The notes under the pieces are model-generated. The model saw only the letters and a program-made list of their open reading frames with translations, had not been told where the DNA came from and did not search any database. Below are positions 23,701-33,037 of a stretch of 64,000 nt of DNA, in pieces (position 1 is the stretch's first letter; each line of letters opens with the position of its first letter). The stretch spans positions 248,001-312,000 of the forward strand of contig NIVC01000542.1 in NCBI GenBank assembly GCA_002269645.1. Reading direction: 5' to 3'. Made by a program: the position numbers and the translations under genes. Origin of the DNA: Macrostomum lignano (Eukaryota).

Positions 23701-25257
23701 CTGCTGACCGCGGGACTCGTTGAAGGAATTTGGTCGCTTGATGAACACGGAGCTCAGATTTCGGCGCAGCTGCACCTGTTGGTTTGGGTGTTTGGGGTGA
23801 GCTCAAAAGCTAACAGGACCAGAAGGTGTTCTCTAAGTAGCTGCTGCGGCTTCACGGGAAACTTGGTCGGGAGATCTGGGGAGGGGTGGGGAGATCTGGG
23901 GAGGGGTGGGGAGAGCTGGGAGTTGGGGTGGGGAGAGTTGGGAGTTGGGGCGGGGAGATCTGGGGAGGGGTGGGGAGAGCTGGGAGTTGGGGTGGGGAGA
24001 GCTGGGAGTTGGGGTCGGGAGATCTGGGGAATTGGGTGCGGAGAGCTGGGAGTTGAGGCGGGAAGATTTGGGAAATCGGGTGGGGAGAGCTGGGAGTTGG
24101 GGTGGGGAGACCCGAGAGTTTGAGTGGGGAGATACTGGGAGTTGGGGTGGGGAGGTCTGGGGAGTTGGGTGGGGAGACCTGGAATTGGGTGGGGAGACCT
24201 GGAATTGGGTGGAGACCTGGAATTGGGTGGAGACCTGGAATTGGGTGGAGACCTGGAATTGGGTGGAGACCTGGAATTGGGTGGAGACCTGGAATTGGGT
24301 GGAGACCTGGAATTGGGTGGAGACCTGGAATTCGGTTGGGAGACCTGGAATTGGGTGGAGACCTGGAATTGGGTGGAGACCTGGAATTGGGTGGAGACCT
24401 GGAATTGGGTGGAGACCTGGAATTGGGTGGAGACCTGGAATTGGGTGTAGACCTGGAATTGGGTGGAGACCTGGAATTGGGTGGAGACCTGGAATTGGGT
24501 GGAGACCTGGAATTGGGTGTAGGTAGACCTGGAATTCGGTTGGGAGACCTGGAATTGGGTGGAGACCTGGAATTGGGTGGAGACCTGGAATTGGTTAAGA
24601 AGACCTGGAATTGGTCGGGAAGAGTAAATACCTGAATTAAGTGGGGAATTATTAAGTGTTTTTGCGTAGGTGAATTGTTTTAAAGGTCATTATTTTTACC
24701 CATTCAAAACAGCGGCAGACTTAGAATTGGGTAAGGAGACCTGGAATTGGGTGGGGAGACTTGGGAGTTGAGGTGGAGAGACCTGGGGATTTGTGTGGAG
24801 ACTTGGGGGGCTGAGTGATGTCTGGGGAGGACAGGAGCAGGACAGGACCGAAGTGAACGTCAATGTAATTGTCTTTGTTACATAACTATATTAACCAAAA
24901 ATTAGGTTGATAAAAGTACATTACTATATAGTCTACATCTAGTACTACTAGGTTAAGTAGGCAATTATAAATTATAACTGCACTCGCCTCTTCGTCCCCC
25001 CTGTCATCGTCGAAGTGCAGTTCGGTGCGCCCGCCGAACGGCGGGCTGCTAGCGCCTAGGCTGTCCGTCGGCGAGCTGGGATCGAGGGGCCAGTAGTTCT
25101 GGTGCTGCTGCTGCCGCCTGAATGCCTCCCCTTTGCATTGGGGGCTACCTTCTGCTGCAGCAGGGACGTTTCTGCTCCTGCAGCCTGGCATGCTGCCGTG
25201 CTCGTATTCGTGTTGAGTTGCCGAAGCTTCCGAATGTCCAGACGAGGCGGTTGCCAT
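17712..25257 (-). CDS. MARF1: MARF1/Limkain-b1 homologue (RRM + about 8 LOTUS/OST-HTH domains, no NYN domain seen), about 1,161 aa
   Basis: Exons 25257-24988, 23775-23392, 22571-22362, 22177-22032, 21632-21122, 20655-20449, 20140-19862, 19566-19063 and 18686-17712 are phase-compatible; total 3,486 nt. The [23 protein letters not shown]...[17 protein letters not shown] resembles MARF1 RRM2. LOTUS repeats include [47 protein letters not shown]. Confidence 0.9.
19555..19815. repeat. 58-bp tandem repeat duplicating a MARF1 3' splice site
   Basis: About 4.5 copies of caggtccaccacctggtaagagcagtggagggagcagtggctcaggtacagattggag. The minus strand of intact units contains cttaccag|gtggtg. Confidence 0.9.
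20695..20905. repeat. Intronic 28-bp minisatellite
   Basis: tctgcttcagtgtg recurs at 20761, 20789, 20817. Confidence 0.9.
22645..23296. repeat. Intronic minisatellite switching from a 37-bp to a 26-bp unit
   Basis: cagctcctgcctgatgtctgatgtctgtgcctacacc (37 bp) runs to about 22990, then cagctcctgatgtctgtgcctacacc (26 bp, an 11-nt internal deletion). Confidence 0.95.
23870..24600 (+). repeat. G-rich intronic repeats (degenerate GGG-tract repeat, then 18-bp ggagacctggaattgggt array)
   Basis: gggagagctgggagttggggtg-type units occupy 23870-24170, followed by a near-perfect 18-bp array at 24170-24600. Confidence 0.9.
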
Positions 25258-26775
25258 TTTTACAAGGCGCCAAAGAGGTTTTAGCTTAGTCTGAGTGCCG
25301 CTATATTGTCACTGTGTAATAATGCACACACAGTAGAATCAATCCACGGCAGGTTTGCCTAGCAGGCTTGTGGGCCTTGCAAGTAAATAAAAACTCAGTT
25401 TAAGTTAACTGTGCGTCGGGGGGAGGGCGGGGCAGAGTTAATAAGGGTGGCCTCTTATCTCGGGGTGGGGTGTTGGGGTCTGACTTGCCGGTGTGTTTGA
25501 TATCGTGCTAGCAGACCCACCCTCCGTCCTCCGATTGGCTGGCTGAGGGAGGCGCCAGATTAAGGGGGTCTTGGAGTGAGGGTGGAAAGAAAGGAAAGTG
25601 TGGGCCAACGCCTGAGTGAGGTGCAGCTGCACCCAGACGAGGCTTATGTAGTAGCTGGTAGCGACTGCATTATTTTCACCTACCACAGTCTTGACTTGGC
25701 AATCGTACTATTTGCCCTTGTCCCTCACTATCAGACACTCAATAGCAATTGATGCATTGCATAATGCAATTGAATCGAAATTTACATGCTTTTTTCTTAG
25801 TGTAGTGTAGCTTGTGTGCTTAATACAGATTGCTTAATTTTATTGACCCTAAGGTAAAATGTTCCCTAGTTATAAATACTCATGTAAAGGGTTCAACCCC
25901 TGAAACCAGTGGTCCACTTTTCTCAGTTCTCAGCCCACTCACACCACGCCCACGGTTTCCGTGTCAACTGTGTGCATGATGCAATTCGCGTCACAATGCT
26001 CCAGCTTAGGAGAGTAAGAGGGTATGAAGCGGCTCCTTAACAAGCTGTTCCGTTCCAGCTGATCTGCTGCTCAGGTGAGCTGTTCAGCACTGCATCCCAG
26101 AGGCTGCATGGCTAACCGGTAGCGGTGCGTCGCCACCACAGCAAAGGTCAGAGGAGCCCGAGGCCACTGTCGGGGAGTCGCCGGACCTGCTCTTTCTACA
26201 TTGAACATTGGACTACAAAATCTAGCGCCCACGATTTGCTGATTGAACTTAGTTGCCGCAATGGACTGCTCACGAACTTTTAACTCAACTCATGCTGATA
26301 CGAGCGTATTTTTTAAAGGCCCCTTTTCATACGTTTTAATTTTTTCGAAAATTCGTGTAACTCGATACGAAAACTCCATTCTACCTTGCGCTCTGCGCCC
26401 TCTCTATTTCAAAAGTACATCGAATTCATCGAATTCACAGTACTCCAGTGCATGTTGCGTTCAGAAGTGCTGACTGGGCCGCTGGCACACCAGAGCGCCG
26501 CGCTAGACCACCTAGGCCAGCCCCTGCCCCCCGAACTATATTCGAAAAGCGCATCAGATAACTGGAAACCATTTTTTCAAGAAATAACTGTTGAACCGAG
26601 TTCCAAACCGCCAGCATTAGTTCGTTTGTTTGATTAAATCATTTTGACCCCACAGACCAATCGGGAACTGAAAACAATTGCATCTGGTACTCGGGAAATA
26701 ATGCTGTTGTCCGAAATATCGTCATGCGAGTTAAGTTTGCCCCTTTGCCGGCTCATTTCCTCTGGGCATTCATCA

Positions 26776-27872
26776 TCATCCATAATGGCAGTGCGAATAT
26801 TCGGTTTCCGAAGCTGCTGTGCTCGGAGTTGCAGTCTGGGCCACAGTACAAGTGCAGGCACGGTTGCGCGTCCTTTGTTTCCTGCCCTGATTATTATAGC
26901 CACAATTGCTTTGATGCCAGCCATACCAGTTGCTCCAGGGGCTCCACCGGCACCAGCCAATAAATCTGGTCTGCTGCTGCGAAGACTTGGCCAGCGGACT
27001 CGGCACCGCTTCGATGAGGCAGCTGCAGTCTCTCCTCCTGCTGCGCTGCTGGTTCCTATTGCACCCTGTGAAGTTGCGGTGTTCGAATATCCGAAAATTT
27101 TAAACGGAAAATGTTACTATAGAAATATCTATAATATCGCGTCCTACCCGAGCTCCACGAGCTCCAGCCTTTCCAGGCGCACCAGCCGATGAACAGTTCA
27201 TTCGCCGATGGGCCATCGCATTTCGCTGCCGCCGCCTGCGGCTCCGGGCACTGGCACTGGCGGGTGCGCCGTTTTGATCCGACGTGACAGGCAGGCGTCC
27301 AGGCAGACCAGCCGCTCCAGGAGCACCAGCCGCCGCTTACTGGCAAGAATTTTGAGGGAAATAAAAGCCCGGAGCTGCAATAAATTTCGTCTGGATTTGT
27401 CAAGGAACCCGCTGGGGCCTCCAGCATAAAAATGGACAAAGACTCACTCCGGCTGAGGAACCCGCTGGGGCCTCCAGCATCAAAATGGACAAAGACTCAC
27501 TCCGGCTGAGGAACCCGCTGGGGTCTGTGGCATCAAAATGGACTAAGACTCACTCCGGCGCCGGCTGGTCAGGGCCAAGACTCGACAGCCAGCTGGCAGA
27601 GCAGACAAGGCTCCTGCGGTGTCGCCCAGCAGCCGGCATTGGTCAGGCGAGCACCAGACAACGCCGAAGCAGGCCGAGCTCATCGCCTCGCAGATGGCGG
27701 CGCATTCGACTTCGGAGCGGGCGTCAAGGATGGCAGAGGAGGAAGATGTTCCTGAAGCTTCTCCGTCACTTCCCCAGGCAGCCTGATCCGGGGTGTACAT
27801 GTACTGGTCGGCGGCGAACGACAGAGATGTCAGCAGCAGCAGGACCCAGGCAGTCAGAGTAGCGAGGTGCAT
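26776..27872 (-). CDS. Secreted PAN/Apple-like + three TSP1-like repeat protein, about 266 aa
   Basis: Exons 27872-27554, 27339-27148 and 27065-26776 (GT-AG, all phase 1; 801 nt). Signal peptide MHLATLTAWVLLLLTSLSFA; PAN-like ECAAIC..C...C...C; TSP1 motifs WCSWSGWSAW..C...RRTRQC, WCAWKGWSSW..C..RSRRRDC and WCRWSPWSNW..C..RTRNRAC. Confidence 0.8.
27395..27560. repeat. 53-bp tandem repeat duplicating the exon-1 donor of the TSP1 gene
   Basis: aaaatggacaaagactcactccggctgaggaacccgctggggcctccagcat occurs about 3 times; the minus strand carries ccgga|gtgagtc in each copy. Confidence 0.85.
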
Positions 27873-27953
27873 AACTAGGCTTTTTGCTGTTTCTTACGAG
27901 TATTTTAGGTAAAAAATGTGCCGGCAGTCCGCGCTCCCTGTGGATTTTGCTCA

Positions 27954-27960
27954 ATTTATA
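27954..27960 (-). promoter_or_regulatory. Candidate TATA box of the PAN-TSP1 gene
   Basis: TATAAAT on the minus strand about 85 nt upstream of the ATG at 27872; no upstream splice acceptor near this ATG. Confidence 0.4.
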
Positions 27961-28659
27961 CAAGCTTTGTAAGAAAAAAGCATTCCGGAATTGCCACGAA
28001 AACCAAGGAAGTGTGAGTGATGAGTGCAGTAAAACGACGAGTTAAGAAGACAGGCAGCATGAAGCAAGCAGGTTGCTTGACTCATGCATGTCGCTCATGG
28101 AAGCATTAGCGTGTTTCACAATTATAACCGTCACTCAAAGCTTGGCAGATAACTAAAAAGCTAAATAGCTAATAGCTCGTACGAGCTGCAGTCGCTCCAG
28201 TTTGAAAATGACAGTTTTTTAAATTCGGAATGCAATTTGCTTTTAAGATTTCTTCAAAATATTCCTCCCAGAGATGAACTCGCGGGGGTGTTAAACTCAG
28301 ACAATTCCACGTACGCTCCTATTTGGGAAGAATTATGCTCAACCGATGCCCTACGAAACTCAAATAGGGGGCGGAAACTGGCAGACTTTCGCCTAAAGCT
28401 GAATTGGTGCAATAGGGAATTCTGAGCTTTTCGGCACAAAATTCATAAATTTCTCACTTTGCGGACTTCCTCGCAGGATAATTTTGCATACCCGAATGTC
28501 AACACAATGGTTTTTCAATAATTGCAGTCGTACAGCGGCCTTGAATGTGACTTGCTGGCAGCCGGTTCTCCATTACGGCTGCTGCAAGAACTGTCAAGGC
28601 GATCAAATCCCCTGCTCGGTGATTATGTCAGTCAGAATTTTGTATGCCTTTTTACTTTA

Positions 28660-29005
28660 TAACTCTTGTGCTTCAGAGCTGGTGTTTCACAGCTTGTGTT
28701 TCAAAGCTAGTGTGTTCAGAGCTTGTGTTTCAGAGCTTGTGTTTCAGAGCTTGTGTTTCAGGGCTTGTGGTTCACAGCTTGTGGTTCACGGTTCTTGCTT
28801 CAGAGGTGTTTCACGGCTTGTGTTTCACGGCTTGTGTTTCAGGGGTTGTTTCACAGCTAGAGTTTTCAGAGCTTTTGTTTCAGAGCTTGTGTTTCAGAGG
28901 TTGTTTCACAGCTCGAGTGTTCAGAGCTTGTGTTTCAGAGCTTGTGTTTCAGAGGTTGTGTTTCAGAAGTTCTGTTTCAGAGATTGTGCTTCAAAGCTTG
29001 TGTTT
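28660..29005. repeat. 14-bp minisatellite
   Basis: Unit ttcagagcttgtgt repeated with variants. Confidence 0.9.
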
Positions 29006-29369
29006 TAGAATTTTTTTTCTCTTTGATGTGCCTGTTTGCTTTTTTCTGCTCTAACTATCTGCAACAGCAAAGGTTGTTCTTTCTCCAACTTAATTTGACT
29101 TGTGTTTTGGCCACGCAAGCGCGCTTTTGCCAGCACTTCTGCCGAGGCGCGTTTACGCCAGTTGCCTGCAATCAGTCTTGACTTACCTGACTCAGCTGCA
29201 GGGGCTCCGGGCATCCGGATACAGCGGGGGAGGCGTCGCCACCCATTCCGCTAACCACTGGCGACCACGGGCAGCTGGTGTTGCGGTGTCGCGCAGGGAG
29301 ATCCGGTGGTGCCGGTATCCGCAGCGCGGTCCCCCTCCGGAGAGTCCAGGAGGTGGATGGTCGTTCGCC

Positions 29370-29760
29370 CGGTAGCCTTCAGGTAGAGGACAAGCTGGCA
29401 GAGATTCTTGGGCCTAAAAACGTCCGAGAGATCCGGGTTTAGGCCGATGTAGGCGAGCCTGTCCTGATCGAGTAAGGCGGGGCATTCACAGATGAAGTGC
29501 ACATTCTGGACAGGCAGAATGGGCATTCCTCGCTACGGATTTTCCCTGGAGGTGGCGACGCCTGGCCAAACAGCCATGTCCTGAGAGGGCCTGCAATCAG
29601 CCAGTCGATTCGCGCTAATGTGCGTGACGTTTATTCAGTCCTCCCCAGCCACAGTAAGGCGCGAGTCCAAAATTCTGGCTGTGCGCGCCCAGAATCACTG
29701 GAAATCATTGCTCCATGCACAAAAGATTTCGCAATGCTTTGCCTGAAGCTGTCTAAAGCT
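29370..29760 (-). pseudogene. 3' fragment of a non-LTR (LINE, RNase H-clade type) ORF2
   Basis: Frameshifted translation [41 protein letters not shown]...[10 protein letters not shown] matches the LTGH..L..H...CxxC..HxLCxCPAL..ATG C-terminus of LINE ORF2. Confidence 0.65.
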
Positions 29761-30050
29761 TGTGGGCGGGGGCGTTGTCGTGATGAAGAAGCACACCCCC
29801 GAGCTCGAGTCCTTGGACGGCAACTGGAGAGAGCACTTCTGGCGCTGGCAGTAGTTGGCATAACAGTTGCCATTGACTGTGCGCTGCTGCACAAGTGGCG
29901 CGGTCGCTAGATGACCCGCAAACGGCCAACATCTGCTTTGCCACGCTGCGCTCTCCTTCAAAAATACGAGTATGTCGAAGAGAAACCGCAAGCCACACAT
30001 ATTGCTGCGTTTCTGAATTAGAACCCATTCTGCTTTTGAGGAGTTTCACG
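29761..30050 (-). pseudogene. Degenerate mariner/Tc1 transposase fragment
   Basis: Across frames: SETQQ..W, VAKQMLAVC, TVNGNCYANY and GVLLHHDNAPAH. These are colinear with the mariner PETKxQS, KVMxxVFWD, TINxxYY and LLHDNAxxH motifs. Confidence 0.65.
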
Positions 30051-30660
30051 CCGTTTCAGGGGTGCACATTTGCCATTGCTGAGCGGGAGTAGTCAATTTT
30101 GCACAGCGGCGACAAAGTTGAACTCAAGCTGTTCTGGATGACAGAGCCCTCAAACTAACCAAACTCACAAGTTAGTCATCGAAAAAGAAATCCAACAGAA
30201 ATTGAAATCGACTTCAGATTTGATCGAAACAGTAGATCAACATTATTATAATTTACTTATGCATATATTTATCCACGATAATCTAGTTAAGATCTGGATT
30301 ATAAGGAATGGTTGTTCTCAAATGTCACCAACACGTAGCCACGCACTGTACATGCAGAATCAAGAGAGGCTAGAAAGGCAGGTAAATTAATTACTGTGGA
30401 CACAAAGGATAATACTCTGCACTGCATGACCCGCCAAGAGCAAATTTGCTTTAAATGAAAAATTCGAACTATTGCAGCCTCGGGAGCATAGCTGTCCCTT
30501 CTAGCTTATCGGGAACGTATGAGCTCGCATTGAGATTTTGCCTGCATCAGGAGGTGGCAGCGGCCCCCATCAGAAGATTAAATGAGGGCAGCGGCGCAGT
30601 GTGGTACGATTACCCAAGAGCACAATGACTAGCACCAGCTCTTCCCAATGCACTCTGGAG

Positions 30661-32386
30661 TCACTCGATAAACAGGATGCTGTGGAACTGCGCCTGGCAG
30701 AGCCGGGATACCTCCTCGGTGACCAGGATGAGGTTGGCCGGCCGGAACTGAGTCACCAGGGCGAAGAAGTCGCGCCTGTCGAACTTCTTGGCCACCAGCC
30801 AGGCGTCGCCGGCGGTCTTGGCGACGGTCTCCGTGTCGACGAGGTCGCCGTGCCTGCAGTGGTCGGCGTGCACGTCGGCGCAGAGGCGCATGAGGTCCCG
30901 CTTGACTGCCAGCACGCCGGGCCGCTTGGAGCCCTCGGCTGCACAAACACGGTGCTCTTCTGCGCCGAGTTCATGTGGTTGAAGTACAGGAAGCGGATGT
31001 GGCTGTCGGCGCCACCGCCGGAGCCGGAAGCAGCCGAGGCGGAGGCAGCGCTGGCCTCGCTGAGCTGCTGGCTGCAGGTCTGCACGGTGTCGCTGGCGTG
31101 GCGCATCAGCGGCTGCAGCAGACGGTCCAGCGCCAGGTACTGCTCGTACGTCACGGGGTCTCCGGCGTCCACAAACAGGCAGAGGCTGCTGCGGCCGGAC
31201 CGGTACACCAGCATGTGGCACTCGGCCAGCGAGCCGCCGTCCGGCCCCGTCAGGAACAGGCGCGGCACTGAGCCCAGCTGGCTCGGGTCGTCTAGGTTGG
31301 GTGGCCCCGTGATGAAGCTGAAAAGTGAGTAGAAATGCCAAGCCAATTTTTGTCTCACTTTGAGCTCGGTAAAGCTTCTAGCCGATGACTCACCGTCCAA
31401 AGGCGCCGGAGCTTCCGATACCCTTGTCCAGGTTTCTGAGGTCGTCCTCGGTGTGCCTGGGGAACAGGCTGTGCACCAGGTAGGCGTACACGCAGCGGGT
31501 GTCCGTGGGGTGCAGGGAGGTCCACACCAGCTGGTCGCTGTGCAGGTAGCAGGCAAAGCGGACGCGGGAGAAAGTGGCCTGCACCCGCTGCACCAAGCAG
31601 TGCACCTGCAGGAAGGCCCGCTTGCTCAGCGGCAGAAACGTAACGCCCCGGTAGACCTCTAGCAGCGTGGATTGGTAGATGGAGAAGCACGAATGGTTTG
31701 GGTCCGCCAGGTACCTGCACGGCGGGTTGAGTGAGGATGGCCGAGGATTGAGTAAGCAGAAATGATGCGGGAGGAAAGGTGGAACTGAAAGCACAACCGT
31801 GTTAGGGCTAAAACACACTGCAGGCACAGACAGCACAACAGAATAGACCTGCTGAAGAAGTGGTTGCAGAAACACACTGCAGGCACAGACAGCACAACAG
31901 AACAGACCTGCTGAAGAAGTGGTTGCACTTCTGGCGCAGAATTTCCACGTTGCCCCGCTCAAGAGTCATAGCGATGGAGCCCTTGAACAGGCGGTACATC
32001 AGGTAGGCCTGGTGCAGCAGCTCATGGCAGACAACGTCCTGCACATTCTCTGCCAGGTACTCGGCGTCCTCCTTGGCCTCAGCTGCGGCCTGCTGCTGCA
32101 GGGGGATCTTGGGCACGGAGAAGCGCATGACAAACCAGTAGCCGGGCTCGGGCTGCAGGAACACCTGGCGGCTCTTCAGGGTGGTGAGGCAGCGGACCGG
32201 CTGGTCGCTGAAGTCGGCGGTGAAGCGAACCACCGCCTCGGCCAGGCCCACGCATTTCACCTGCAGGTTGAGCTCGGTGCTAGCCGGATAAAAGTACACA
32301 ATTTTCTGGGCTTCCTCGCCCTCCCGAATGCAGAGGCTGGGACTGAAGATGAAGAACTGCTCGCACTGGGCCTCGCTGTCTTCCAT
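30661..32386 (-). CDS. CCZ1: Vacuolar fusion protein CCZ1 homologue (MON1-CCZ1 Rab7 GEF subunit), with an apparent 1-nt frameshift near 30940
   Basis: Exons 32386-31908, 31714-31394 and 31317-30661. Motifs FFIFSP..REGEEAQKIVYFYP, VGLAEAVVRFT, GRFITGPPNL, YFNHMNSAQKST and WLVAKKFDRRDFF..EEVSRLCQAQFHSILFIE. The sum is 1,457 nt, one base short of 486 codons. Confidence 0.9.
31810..31925. repeat. 59-bp duplication copying the CCZ1 exon-1 donor
   Basis: gacctgctgaagaagtggttgca occurs at 31846 and 31905; the minus strand has ttcagcag|gtct in both. Confidence 0.85.
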
Positions 32387-33037
32387 GCGGCCGGCGAAGC
32401 TGCAGCGGCAGAAGCAGGACATGAGTGAAATTTGCCAGATGGCCTACTGACGAAAGTAGTCTGTCTAGTGATTTACTGCTGCTACTATAGAAATACCCAT
32501 TGATAAGCTGTTCTTCATCTTAAGCTGCCATGAGCTGCATACTAACCACAGCCAACTCTGCTTAACTTGCAGCACTGACGGTGAATGCACTAATCCACTC
32601 GGCTACTGAGGCTGCTTCAACCTTTACCTCTTGGCTGGTAAGCAAGCATAGTAGTAACACTTAGTTAAATACAAGCTGGTGAATCACGGCAAATGAATTG
32701 GAAAAGAAATGCCTGCTTTAAATATCAATAAGTTTAACAAGCGAGGCGAGCGAGCGACAAGCAGTTTATGTTTAGAAAATTTTGCTTTAATTTACAGGCC
32801 AATGTGCAGCTGAAATTTGTTGAAAACTAGAATGGGACGGTACATAATAAAAGCTTTCATACGCACAGAAATATACTTTATAAGAAAGTACAGATATAAT
32901 AAAAGTGCGTAAAATTGCTGCACCGAAGAGCTGAGTCTGACTGCAGTCAGCGGAGTTCAGTTAGAAAATTGACAAACAAGCGAAACACATGAACGAATGC
33001 AGCCCCTGCGTCACACCGGCTTCTGGACCCAATGACG

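Noticed and set aside
23906-24635. Plus-strand ORFs of 100-200 aa with ETWNWV / RPGIGW / GDLELG repeats
   Set aside because: All three frames are open simply because the 18-bp G-rich unit lacks stops; the region is inside a MARF1 intron on the opposite strand.
25438-26640. Candidate upstream MARF1 (NYN) exons and a plus-strand TATA at ~25871
   Set aside because: Translations show no NYN motifs, and no plus-strand gene follows the TATA-like sequence.
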